The position numbers were made by a program, and so were the translations under genes. Shown piece after piece: positions 19,535-28,541 of a DNA stretch of 64,000 nt. The notes under the pieces were generated by a model, which was not told the DNA's origin, searched no databases, and saw nothing but the letters and a program-made list of their open reading frames with translations. The stretch's first letter is position 1, and each line of letters opens with the position of its first letter. The DNA comes from an uncultured Verrucomicrobiae bacterium (GTDB lineage Bacteria; Verrucomicrobiota; Verrucomicrobiia; Chthoniobacterales; JACTMZ01): assembly GCA_963776165.1 (NCBI GenBank), contig CAVZLI010000001.1, forward strand, positions 2,390 through 66,389. Reading direction: 5' to 3'.

Positions 19535-20020
19535 ATGATGAAAACCGCCTCCTCCCTCGTTTTTCTCCTCTGCGCAGCCATGGCAACCCTGGCCCAAGAC
19601 GGCCCCGTCGATTGGAGAACCCTCGCCGCCGAATTCACCGCGGATGCCGCCGCCGCGCAGGCGAAATACCAAGGGCGCATGATCACCGTCACCGGCCCGG
19701 TTGCCTCCATCGCGGCCGGCGACATGACGACTGAAAGCGATCCGGCGGTCGCCGTGACGCTTTCGGCCGCCGACGGCCCCGGTCCCGACGTGAAGTGCCT
19801 CTTTGAAAACGAGGACCTCGAGCCCAACCAGCAGCTTTACGTGCCGGGTGGCAACAGCGAGGTCCTGCTGCGCACCACGGACGGCGTGGGCAACGTGACC
19901 GGCTCCCGACCCTTCATCCAAACCGGGCAGGACGTCACCATCAGCGGCTCGTTCTTCGGCTACGTCGCCGGTGACATCGTCATCCGTCACGCGCGCCTGG
20001 CCCCCGCCGCGGCACAATAA
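19535..20020 (+). CDS. Secreted OB-fold (tRNA_anti-like family) protein
   Basis: Signal peptide MMKTASSLVFLLCAAMATLA. The pattern AAAAQAKYQGRMITVTGPVASI....VKCLF is characteristic of the tRNA_anti-like OB-fold family. Confidence 0.55.
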   Translation: MMKTASSLVFLLCAAMATLAQDGPVDWRTLAAEFTADAAAAQAKYQGRMITVTGPVASIAAGDMTTESDPAVAVTLSAADGPGPDVKCLFENEDLEPNQQLYVPGGNSEVLLRTTDGVGNVTGSRPFIQTGQDVTISGSFFGYVAGDIVIRHARLAPAAAQ

Positions 20021-20082
20021 GCGCCGCGGCGCGGGCTTTTTCTTGCCCGCCGGGGTCGGGGCCGCTTCAATGCCCGCTTCTT

Positions 20083-21036
20083 ATGATCGTTACCACGGCC
20101 CAACTTTTCAAAATCGCCTACGGCAAATACGCGGTCGGCGCTTACAACATCAACAACATGGAGCAGACCCTCGGTCTGTTCCAAGGCTGCATCGACAGCC
20201 AGGCGCCCTTCATCATCCAGCTCTCCAAAGGCGCGCGCAAATACGCGGACAAGCGCATGCTCGAGGCCCTCATCCGCACGGCCGACGGCATGTATCCGGA
20301 AGCCGTCTTCGCCGTCCACCTCGACCACGGCGACGAGGAAACCTGCTACGATTGCATCGACTCGGGCTTCTACAGCTCGGTCATGATCGATGCCAGCCAC
20401 GACCCCTTTGACAAGAATGTCGAGATCACCAAACGCGTCGTCGAGCGCGCCCATGCCAAAGGCCTGAGTGTGGAAGCCGAACTCGGCATGCTCGGCGGCG
20501 TCGAGGAAGACATCCAAGTCGACGAAGGCCACGCCTGCCTGACCAACCCCGCCGAGGCCAAGGAATTTGTCGTCCGCACCGGCTGCGACTCGCTGGCTTG
20601 CGCCATCGGCACCAGCCACGGTGCCTACAAATTCCAAGGCCAGCAAAGCCTGCACTTCGACGTCCTCAAGGAAATCCAGCAACTCCTGCCCGGCTTCCCG
20701 CTGGTCATGCACGGCAGCTCGAGCGTCCCGCAGGAAGAGGTCAAGCGCATCAACGCCGCCGGCGGCAAGCTCGACGAGAAAGCCCGCGGCGTCGACGAAA
20801 ACGAGTATCTCCCGGCGGCTAAACTCGGCGTGACCAAGGTCAACATCGACACCGACGGGCGCCTGATCTGGACCCGCGTCCACCGCGAGTTCTTCCGCGA
20901 CAAGCCGGCCGACTTCGACTTCCGCCCGCCCGGCAAAATCTTCGTCGAGGAATACGCCAAGTTCATCGCGCACAAGAACAAGATGCTCGGGTCCGCCGGA
21001 CAACTTCCCGACGTGCGCAAGGAACTCGGGCTTTAG
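20083..21036 (+). CDS. fba: Class II fructose-bisphosphate aldolase
   Basis: Full-length match to the class II FBA pattern: YNINNMEQ, HLDHG, AIGTSHGAYKF, LVMHGSSSVP. Confidence 0.93.
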   Translation: MIVTTAQLFKIAYGKYAVGAYNINNMEQTLGLFQGCIDSQAPFIIQLSKGARKYADKRMLEALIRTADGMYPEAVFAVHLDHGDEETCYDCIDSGFYSSVMIDASHDPFDKNVEITKRVVERAHAKGLSVEAELGMLGGVEEDIQVDEGHACLTNPAEAKEFVVRTGCDSLACAIGTSHGAYKFQGQQSLHFDVLKEIQQLLPGFPLVMHGSSSVPQEEVKRINAAGGKLDEKARGVDENEYLPAAKLGVTKVNIDTDGRLIWTRVHREFFRDKPADFDFRPPGKIFVEEYAKFIAHKNKMLGSAGQLPDVRKELGL

Positions 21037-21047
21037 TCCGCGGCGCC

Positions 21048-21650
21048 ATGTCCAGCGTAGCCGGAGAGATGCGGAGCGAGATCCGCGGCATCCTCTTTCA
21101 CGAGTCGACCATCATGAGCCGGCTCGACGAAATGGCCGAGCAGATCGCCTCCGAATACGCGGGCAAGGACCTCACTGTCGTCGCCGTGCTCAACGGCAGT
21201 CTTATGTTCGGCGCGGATCTCCTGCGCCGCCTCGAGATGCCGCTGCGCCTCGACTGCCTCAGCGTCTCCAGCTACCACGGCGCCTCGACCACCGGCGTGG
21301 TGAAGTTCAACCAACTCAACCTGCCCGACGTGCACGGCCGCCATGTGCTCATCCTCGATGACATACTCGACAGCGGACATACCCTGCACGCCATCCGCGA
21401 CAAGCTCATGGCCGAGACGAGCCCGCTGAGCATCAAAATCTGCGTCCTCCTGCGCAAAGACGTCCCGCGCCAGCGCGAATTGGAGGCCGATTACGTCGGC
21501 TTCGACATCGCCAACGAATTCGTCGTCGGCTACGGCCTCGACTACATGGAGCGCTTCCGCAATCTGCCTTACATCGGCGTGGTCAGCGATGACACCATCG
21601 CCAAATACGCGCCGTCGCAGCAGGCGGCGACGACCGAGTCGGGTTCCTGA
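21048..21650 (+). CDS. hpt: Hypoxanthine phosphoribosyltransferase
   Basis: PRPP-binding motif HVLILDDILDSGHTL, and EFVVGYGLDY. Confidence 0.9.
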   Translation: MSSVAGEMRSEIRGILFHESTIMSRLDEMAEQIASEYAGKDLTVVAVLNGSLMFGADLLRRLEMPLRLDCLSVSSYHGASTTGVVKFNQLNLPDVHGRHVLILDDILDSGHTLHAIRDKLMAETSPLSIKICVLLRKDVPRQRELEADYVGFDIANEFVVGYGLDYMERFRNLPYIGVVSDDTIAKYAPSQQAATTESGS

Positions 21651-23248
21651 TGTCGGGCGGCGAGAGCAAGGTCAAAGCCGATCCACGCGATTTCGGCATG
21701 GCCAGCGTCGCATGGTCACGATTGGCCGGCGGTTTGGTTTTCATTCTCCTCGGCGGTGCTTGGGCTGCCTACCTCGCCCATTCGTCACCCGGCATCGCCG
21801 GGGCCGAATCCTGGATACTCGCGGCAGCGGCCGCCGTCGGCGTTTACATGGCCATGAACATCGGAGCCAACGACGTGGCCAACAACCTCGGACCCGCTGT
21901 CGGTTCGGGTGTCATCACGCTCGGATGGGCCATCCTGATCGCCGCCGTCTTCGAAGCACTCGGCGCCGTGGTAGCCGGAGGTCAGGTCGTCGACACGGTC
22001 AAAGGCGGGATTATCAACCCGGCCTCCGTCCCCGATGCGCAGCGGTTTGTCTGGTTGATGCTCGCCGCGCTGCTGGCCGGGGCGGTGTGGCTGAACATCG
22101 CGACCTCGCTCGGAGCGCCCGTTTCCACCACGCACTCCATCATCGGCGCCGTCATGGGCGCGGGGATCGCTGCCGGCGGATGGGGGTTGGTCAACTGGGG
22201 CACCATCGGGGCCATCGTTGTCAGCTGGGTCCTCTCGCCCGTGCTTGGCGGCGTCATCGCCGTGGTATTCCTCTATCTCATAAAACGCACCATCACTTAC
22301 CAGTCGGACATGACGCTGGCCGCCAGCAAAGTCGTGCCCGTGTTGCTTGCGCTGATGGGCTGGGCTTTCGTCACCTTCATGCTGCTCAAGGGCATCGGCA
22401 AAATCGTCAAGCCGGGCATTTGGTGGGCCTCGCTCTGGGGCTTTGTGGCGGCGGCCGCGGTTTACCTCGGGCCCGGACGCTTGGTCGCGCGACAGGCCTT
22501 GCGTCAGCACCGCAGCAAAGACGGCGTGAACAAACTCTTCACCTGGCCGCTCATTTGTGCGGCGGCCTTGCTGAGCTTCGCCCACGGGGCCAACGACGTG
22601 GCCAATGCCGTCGGCCCCCTCGCGGCGATCTACGAGGCACTCAAGACCGGATTGGTGGCCGGCAAGGCGCCCACGCCGCTCTGGATCATGGTCCTCGGCG
22701 CCCTGGGGTTGTCCGTCGGCTTGGCCCTCTTCGGTGCGCGCCTCATCCGCATCGTGGGCAAGGAAATCACCGAGCTCGACCACATGCGCGCCTACTCGAT
22801 CGCTATGGCGGCCACCCTGACCGTCATCCTCGCCGCCCAGCTCGGCATGCCGATTTCCACGACCCACGTGACTATCGGTGCAGTCATCGGTGTCGGATTC
22901 CTGCGCGAGTTGCTCAAAGCGAACTACGCCAAAATGGAGGAGGCTGTCTGGGCTGCGCATGCCGGGCGCGACCGGGAGGAAATCGAGGCCTATCTCCGCA
23001 AGTTCGAAGCGGCCTCCGTGAAAGAGAAGCAGCGCATGTATGCCGAAATGAAAATGCGCGCCGCCGAGGTGGAGCGCGAGGATCCGCTGGCCAAACGCGA
23101 ACGCAAAGCCATCAAAAAAGTCACCCAGAAGGAACTCGTCAAACGCTCCGTCCTCATGCGCATCCTCATGGCCTGGATCATCACCGTCCCAGCCACCGCT
23201 GTCCTCGCCGCCGGACTCTACGCCTTCATCGTTGCCATTTTCGGCTGA
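21650..23248 (+). CDS. Inorganic phosphate transporter, PiT family
   Basis: Duplicated GANDVAN motif (IGANDVANNLG and HGANDVANAVG), about 10 or more TM segments, and a large charged loop near the C-terminus. Confidence 0.9.
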   Translation: MSGGESKVKADPRDFGMASVAWSRLAGGLVFILLGGAWAAYLAHSSPGIAGAESWILAAAAAVGVYMAMNIGANDVANNLGPAVGSGVITLGWAILIAAVFEALGAVVAGGQVVDTVKGGIINPASVPDAQRFVWLMLAALLAGAVWLNIATSLGAPVSTTHSIIGAVMGAGIAAGGWGLVNWGTIGAIVVSWVLSPVLGGVIAVVFLYLIKRTITYQSDMTLAASKVVPVLLALMGWAFVTFMLLKGIGKIVKPGIWWASLWGFVAAAAVYLGPGRLVARQALRQHRSKDGVNKLFTWPLICAAALLSFAHGANDVANAVGPLAAIYEALKTGLVAGKAPTPLWIMVLGALGLSVGLALFGARLIRIVGKEITELDHMRAYSIAMAATLTVILAAQLGMPISTTHVTIGAVIGVGFLRELLKANYAKMEEAVWAAHAGRDREEIEAYLRKFEAASVKEKQRMYAEMKMRAAEVEREDPLAKRERKAIKKVTQKELVKRSVLMRILMAWIITVPATAVLAAGLYAFIVAIFG

Positions 23249-23299
23249 CCACCTTGGCCGCGCTTAACACCAAGTCGGTTGCTGGTATTGTGCCCCCTC

Positions 23300-23348
23300 A
23301 ATCGCAGGGTGGAGCAGCCTGGTAGCCCGTCAGGCTCATAATCTCAAC
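23300..23348 (+). repeat. Partial copy (positions 1-~45, to the anticodon loop) of the initiator tRNA gene
   Basis: aatcgcAgggtggagcagcctggtagcCcgtcaggctcataaTct.. matches 26830-26878 with 3 mismatches in the first 45 nt. It has no T-arm and no 3' acceptor strand. Confidence 0.85.
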
Positions 23349-23479
23349 GGCGGCATTTGGAGTTGTCTCTATCGGATTGTTGTAAGTTGTTTAACTACAG
23401 AGATTAGACTTACAAATCCGGCGTGCCCTAGGCACCTTTGAAATACCCGCCTGCACCTGCCTGGACCCGCAAATAAGGG

Positions 23480-23511
23480 GTCAAAAGTTACAGCGAATGG
23501 ACAGCGTGAAA
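23480..23511 (+). repeat. 32-bp direct repeat, copy 1 (candidate att core)
   Basis: gtcaaaagttacagcgaatggacagcgtgaaa is identical to 26646-26677 except for one G/T difference. Confidence 0.85.
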
Positions 23512-23540
23512 TCGTGAAAAGTGCGGCCTGAGCGAATCCC

Positions 23541-23624
23541 TATCGGGTATAGAAAAGACTGTTTCTGGACATTTATACCCGATCAGGTATTTTGGGAATT
23601 GTGCACCGAAATTTATACCCGATC
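23541..23624 (+). promoter_or_regulatory. Operator-like repeats upstream of hipB
   Basis: atttatacccgatc occurs twice as a perfect direct repeat (23571-23584, 23611-23624; 40 bp apart). Its core occurs once inverted (tatcgggtata, 23541-23551). The last copy ends 9 nt before the hipB ATG. Confidence 0.5.
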
Positions 23625-23632
23625 GGTGTCCT

Positions 23633-23857
23633 ATGAGCGATTCCTTGATCAAGTTTGTCAAAGCCAAACGTCGCGGGTTGGGTCTGACCCAGCGCGATCT
23701 GGCCGACCGTGCCGGTGTGGGTTTGCGCTTCATCCGCGACCTTGAGCAGGGCAAGCCGACGCTGCGTTTGGACAAAGTGAACCAAGTGCTGGCCTTGTTC
23801 GGGCACAGGATGGAGCCGGTGGTATTCCGCATGGAGGTCGGCCATGAGGCGCGCTGA
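23633..23857 (+). CDS. hipB: XRE-family HTH regulator, HipB-like
   Basis: KRRGLGLTQRDLADRAGVGLRFIRDLEQGKPTLRLDKVNQVL is a Cro/C1-type HTH. It overlaps the next gene by 14 nt. Confidence 0.8.
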   Translation: MSDSLIKFVKAKRRGLGLTQRDLADRAGVGLRFIRDLEQGKPTLRLDKVNQVLALFGHRMEPVVFRMEVGHEAR

Positions 23858-24182
23858 AGTTCGCATGCAAGACCGGCCTGCCGGCGTCCTCGAGGAACTC
23901 GAGGATTCTTACCGTTTCACCTACCTGCCGGACTATTTGCATTCCCCGGGAGCTACCCCGGTCAGCTTGTCGCTGCCTTTGCAGCCCGAACCGTTCGAAG
24001 ACAAACGGCTCTTTCCGTTTTTCGACGGTCTTATCCCGGAGGGGTGGTTGTTGGAAATCGCAGAGCGAACGTGGAAGCTTGACCCGCGTGACCGCATGGG
24101 ACTGCTGCTGACTTGCTGCCGCGACTGCATCGGTGCCGTAGGTGTGGTGCCGCTGGAAGAGGAGGAGCAACGTCATGGGTGA
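23844..24182 (+). CDS. hipS: HipA N-terminal-subdomain protein (HipS-like)
   Basis: AGVLEELEDSYRFTYLPDYL..PVSLSLPL..FPFFDGLIPEGW is the HipA N-terminal (couple_hipA) pattern, as a separate 112-aa ORF. Confidence 0.8.
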   Translation: MRRAEVRMQDRPAGVLEELEDSYRFTYLPDYLHSPGATPVSLSLPLQPEPFEDKRLFPFFDGLIPEGWLLEIAERTWKLDPRDRMGLLLTCCRDCIGAVGVVPLEEEEQRHG

Positions 24183-24474
24183 GGCGCGCTGTTTGATCTG
24201 TCTGGGCGATTTGACCGCAGGCGAGATGTCTTATCATCCCGCGTGCTGCCGCGAGTTGTTCGACGCGCCCCAGCCGCCTCTGCTTCCCTACTCGCAGGAA
24301 GAAATGGACGAGTTGGCCACCAAGGTCATCCGGCAACACGTCACCGTGCCTGGGGTGCAGCCGAAACTCTCCCTGCACCTCGAGCGGGAGGCCAAGAGCG
24401 GCACCGGGAGGTTCACCATCGTGGGGCTCGAGGGTGGCTACATCCTCAAGCCGCCGGTTTCGCGGTATCCGGAC
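24175..24474 (+). pseudogene. hipT: HipT/HipA-like kinase, only the first ~100 codons remain
   Basis: MGEARCLICLGDL..YHPACCRELF..VTVPGVQPKLSLHL..GGYILKPPVSRYPD matches the short-N-terminus HipA/HipT start. Similarity stops at ~24474, and no kinase-core motifs are found in any plus-strand frame up to 25160. Confidence 0.7.
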
Positions 24475-24982
24475 CGAAGTCGACAAGCACGGTCGTCGCC
24501 ACGGCGGAAGTCACCGAACCCTCCCACAGGAAAGCTTCGGACGGCTGGGCACCGGCCGGCAAAGTGACGGTGAGAATGTTGGACGACACCGTGGAGAAAG
24601 AGGGCACCGCACCATCCAAACTGACAATAACCGATCCGTCCAAACCCGGAGGCAGTTCGATGGAAACCGTGCGGCTGCCCGTCGAATAAATATAGATGTC
24701 GGCACCCGCGCCGTTCGTCTCGGCCACGTAGTTCACCGGCAGCGAGCCGCCGGGCTCGATCACGCGGCCCGCGACGAGTCCGGGCGCTGTTGCGATAAAA
24801 CCGTGCGGCGCCAACGTCCGGCTGCCTCGGACCAAGTTGGCGTCTTCCAAATTGGCCTCGATCGTCACCGGACCGTAAGTGGTCTTTCCAAGGGACATCG
24901 AAAATTGGCGCACTGGCTTGGTTGCCGCGCCCGATTGAAGCAACTGCCGCGGAGGAGCCAGTTGTCCAGACGCTATAAACAC
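24446..24982 (-). other. Fragment of an unrelated (surface-protein-like) gene abutting the hipT breakpoint
   Basis: The 178-aa ORF has protein-like composition (..GSLPVNYVAETNGAGADIYIYSTGSRTVSIELPPGLDGSVIVSL..) but no signal peptide. Its last 9 codons are antisense read-through into hipT sequence. Confidence 0.35.
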
Positions 24983-25158
24983 GCCAACTTCTTTCCAAAT
25001 GTGGAGGACACTCTACCCCTTAAGCAATTTAAGGGAGGTAACAAAGCGACAACGTTTTGACAACGCAGAGCAGGCGCGTTGTCGGTTTGTTGCCATGCAC
25101 GGAGGCGACGCGCGGCGCCATACGGCGAGGTAAAATCCACGGTCCAGCTGCTCTGCGG

Positions 25159-26646
25159 TCAGAATAGTTCAAGATTCGAGATTTCGGCCTTTTTCGATGC
25201 TAATGCGTCCTTGGTCGCAAGGGCTTTGAGTTCCAGTGAGCGGGCGCACGCTTCGTTGTAGAGCGCGGCCACTACAGAAGACTGCGCGCCCAGAACTATT
25301 GTCCCGTCATCGCGGAAGAAGCGGCTATAACTGCCACCTCGGCCCATGATTTCCACATAGGAACATCCCGCGGGACGATGGAGCGTCAGCAGCTCCATGA
25401 TCGCCCACAAGTGCAGCACCGAGTCCGCGTAGCGCACCTTGGGACCCCGTTTCTCTTCGGCGCATACGCAAAGGCGTAGGAAATCGCCGAATGTCGAAGG
25501 GCATTGTGCGGTATCTCGACCTTCACATCTGCGGCGAGACTGGCCAACCGATCGCCCATGACATCGGCATTCTTGCTCCTCGTGGGGCGAGTGGCCTCTG
25601 GAGCCACCGCCAGCCATGCCGCCAGAGTGTCGTTGATGGGAATAAAGCGGTTTTGGCGCGTCTTGGCGACGGGTGCCGGGACATGGATGAAGCCGTCGTC
25701 GCGGATGTTGCCGTTTTCCAAGCTGCAAGCCTCGCTGCGGCGGATCCATCCGAAGGCGCATAGGACGATGAAGCGGATCAAGTCCGGTGCACTCAGCCGT
25801 GCTGTCTGCAACAGCAAGCGCAGCTGCTCCGGTGTCAAAACATCGTTGGTTGCCGAGGTAACGTGCGACAGATCGATGGCTTCCGCAGGGTTGGCGTTGG
25901 CAAAGTTTTTTCGGATCGCAAAGACGTAAAGCTGCTTGATTTGCTTGATGTAATTGTTGCGCGTGCGCGCCGACCACTCGCCGTCGTCAAGCCAGTCCTC
26001 CAACTCTGCGGTGGTGAGTGTCGTGATCAAGCGGTTGCCGAATTCCCGCTCGAAGCCGCGCAGCAAAGACTTCATCTGCGCCACCGCATGGCGGCGTCCG
26101 CCACGCTTCTTCGCGCGACTGGACAGCATTGACGACACTTCGGAAACGGTCTTCCGACCGGCGGCGGGATCATGATAGCGCAGCGCCAGGTCGACGGCGT
26201 CACCCAGCGACAGATCGGACTTCCTCTCACCGAGAGTGCGCAGGCAGGCAATGGTCTCCGAGATCTGCTGAGGCGAAAGTTGGGGAAACCCGCATCAGCT
26301 CGGCATGCGGTTTCAGTCCGGCGATGACATCGCGCGCCTCCGCGGTGTCGCGCACGAATTTCCGGACGGGCTTTTGTCCGCTGAAGCGTTTGCCGATCCG
26401 CACGAAGTAGCCCACCAAGCACTTCCCGTCGCGGCTCCTTGGGCCGCTCAGCCCCATGAACACGCTGATACCTTTGGGCAAGTTGGCGATCAGCGCTCTT
26501 TGGCGCTCCTCACCTTTGCGGGATGGTTTGAGTCGGCGAAAGAATTCATCACGCGTGACCCATTCACCGGGTTTTATGGCTTTCTCGGCTGTGCGAGGGG
26601 CTGGGGTGGGGGCGGTTTTTATAAAAGGAATTCCTTTATTAACGTG
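25159..26646 (-). pseudogene. Tyrosine recombinase/integrase with at least two frame changes and no canonical start
   Basis: Box I GWIRRSEACSL and box II HNALRHSAISY lie in ORF 25386..26138. The N-terminal part (..KPGEWVTRDEFF..GYFVRIGKRFSGQKPVRKFVRDTAEARD..) is in another frame (junction ~26282-26292) and the C-terminal part in a third (junction ~25440-25460). The frame opens inside repeat copy 2. Confidence 0.75.
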
Positions 26647-26677
26647 TCAAAAGTTACAGCGAATTGACAGCGTGAAA
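26646..26677 (+). repeat. 32-bp direct repeat, copy 2 (candidate att core, abuts integrase 5' end)
   Basis: gtcaaaagttacagcgaattgacagcgtgaaa; see copy 1. Confidence 0.85.
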
Positions 26678-26832
26678 AATGGGAATGTGAAAAATCTGCG
26701 CGTTCCAAGGGGCATGAACCCCCAGTTTCTGCCTTTCCATCGATCGCCTTTTACGCCTTGCTCTACAGAGTAGAGAGGCGTGTAAAACAACAGCTTGACA
26801 CCCGACTTCGCGGTGTTAAAGTGAAGGCTAAT

Positions 26833-26909
<77 letters not shown>

Positions 26910-27123
26910 ATCCTTCCTGTGGGACGGTTTACTGTGTTGGGTTCGAAGGCAATGCGTGCGCGGGCACGATTAATTCCCCTTGGCTGCTCTTCAAGTGGAG
27001 CTAGGGGACAGGGGGGCGAGGACGATGTAGCGGGTCAGCAGAACGGTGAGCACCGCGCAACAACTGTGCCCCCTTCCTGGGTTTGCGCATGTCCCGGCGC
27101 GGCTGGGGAGTGGTGCGAGTGGC

Positions 27124-27300
27124 CTAAGGGCCGTCGGGGCTCGTGGTGGACAGATGGGCCTTGATAATGCTTTCGGCCTCTTCGTGCACAGTGCGGTCGT
27201 TGCTCAGGGCGGATCTCGCAAGAGCCTCGCGCGTCTCCGCAGAGAGAACGGTCAATTCCAATTCGTCGGCAGGCGAGGTTGCGCCAGTGAAATCGCTCAT
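27124..27300 (-). CDS. Small ribbon-helix-helix (FitA/Arc-like) protein
   Basis: The ATG at complement 27300 gives MSDFTGATSPADELELTVLSAETREALARSALSNDRTVHEEAESIIKAHL. This is a beta-strand plus two-helix RHH antitoxin-like pattern. Confidence 0.45.
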   Translation of the reverse strand: MSDFTGATSPADELELTVLSAETREALARSALSNDRTVHEEAESIIKAHLSTTSPDGP

Positions 27301-27401
27301 CGGTTGTCTTGTAATACGCACCTATTACCTTGACAACTAGAAACTTGTTGCAAGGTCAAGGCACGCGTGTGACGTTAGTGCTGCTCACATGCTCACACGC
27401 C

Positions 27402-27617
27402 ATGACATCCGATCCCGATACGGCTAAGCCGGTCACTGTCCGGTTGACCGCCAAAGAAGTAAAACGCCTTGATTCGCTGGCTGCGAAGTCGGGCATGACC
27501 CGCCACCGCTACATGTCCTTCGTTTTGGAACGTGCCATGCAGACCGGGTTGGTTGTGACTCAACGGGTCGACTTCTCCGAGTCAGCATCCTTGCCGAAGG
27601 CGGTTTCTTCAAATTAG
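27402..27617 (+). CDS. CopG/RHH family protein
   Basis: The ATG at 27402 gives KPVTVRLTAKEVKRLDSLAAKSGMTRHRYMSFVLERAM, a classic RHH pattern. Confidence 0.6.
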   Translation: MTSDPDTAKPVTVRLTAKEVKRLDSLAAKSGMTRHRYMSFVLERAMQTGLVVTQRVDFSESASLPKAVSSN

Positions 27618-27663
27618 CAACCGACGAGGGCGAGTAGCCAGCAGTCGACAAACTGTGGGCGGA

Positions 27664-28383
27664 TCAACGGCGTCGGCGGAGTTTGACCCACGCTCCCGCC
27701 GCGGCGGCAAGAGTGAGAAGCGCGTAAGTGGAAGGCTCGGGCACAACAACCTCGCCGGAAAAGGCCAGAGGCGTGTCAAGCCCGCCTTGACCAAGTGAGC
27801 TCTCAGCTTGATAGCCATAAAGGCGCATCGTGACGTTTGTGGCGTTAAGCAGCGAAGGACCGGACAACACGAAACGGTTGCCGGCGAATGTTTCCGTGGA
27901 TGAGGTGTCCGGCAGGGTGAGGACACCGGCGGATAGCATGATGGAGGGATTCACCAACGTAAAATTGGTGATGGCGGTGGCGAAGCCATCCAAGCTGGAG
28001 CGCCATTGGAACTGACGCGGTCCGGAGGAACTGCGCCGCAGCGCGAAGTCGACCTCCATGCTGTCGAAGTAGGCGAAAGGCACGCCGGTAGGGGCCACGT
28101 TCAGCGAAAATTCGAAGTATTTATCGGAGTCGAGGGAAGAGGTGGACCACTGGGAGGCCATGAAACGGTCGGCGGCCGAAGAGGAGGCAACGCCCGTCCA
28201 TTTCTCCAATTGGCCCTCCACGGTGAAATTGAACGGAGTCTGCGAAATATTGGTGCTCAACACTGTTGCATTGGTCTGGCCTGCGAAGCTGATCTCTCCA
28301 TTAAAGAGATTGGTCACATTGAGTTGGGCGCGGGAATGACAAATGGTCAGAACCAGCAGGAGGCAGAGCAAAAAAGATTTCAT
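27664..28383 (-). CDS. PEP-CTERM sorting-domain protein
   Basis: Signal peptide MKSFLLCLLLVLTICHSRAQ. The C-terminus VPEPSTYALLTLAAAAGAWVKLRRRR is a PEP motif, a TM helix and a basic tail. Confidence 0.85.
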   Translation of the reverse strand: MKSFLLCLLLVLTICHSRAQLNVTNLFNGEISFAGQTNATVLSTNISQTPFNFTVEGQLEKWTGVASSSAADRFMASQWSTSSLDSDKYFEFSLNVAPTGVPFAYFDSMEVDFALRRSSSGPRQFQWRSSLDGFATAITNFTLVNPSIMLSAGVLTLPDTSSTETFAGNRFVLSGPSLLNATNVTMRLYGYQAESSLGQGGLDTPLAFSGEVVVPEPSTYALLTLAAAAGAWVKLRRRR

Positions 28384-28541
28384 AGTGCGCTCGCGAATAT
28401 CAAGAGGGTTGGGGTGGTTTCCGGAAGAGTAGAATTTCGAGGACGGTAGGTGTCAAACACAATCATCGTAAAAACTTGCTGCATGAGTATCACAAAAGTC
28501 TTCCATTGCCAGCCGGATGGCTATATCAACTCTCATTCCCC

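Noticed and set aside
26919-27164. 81-aa plus-strand ORF just after the tRNA, and the ORFs at 26456..26773(+) and 26305..26667(+).
   Set aside because: They show no motif and have an odd composition. The latter two are antisense to the integrase N-terminal remnant, and the first overlaps the end of the RHH gene.
27603-27625. ttcttcaaattagcaaccga resembles the tRNA 3' end (ttcaaatcccgcccccgcaacca) and could mark the far end of a second island.
   Set aside because: The match is only ~13 nt and requires a 9-nt gap, so it is too weak to call an att site without comparative data.
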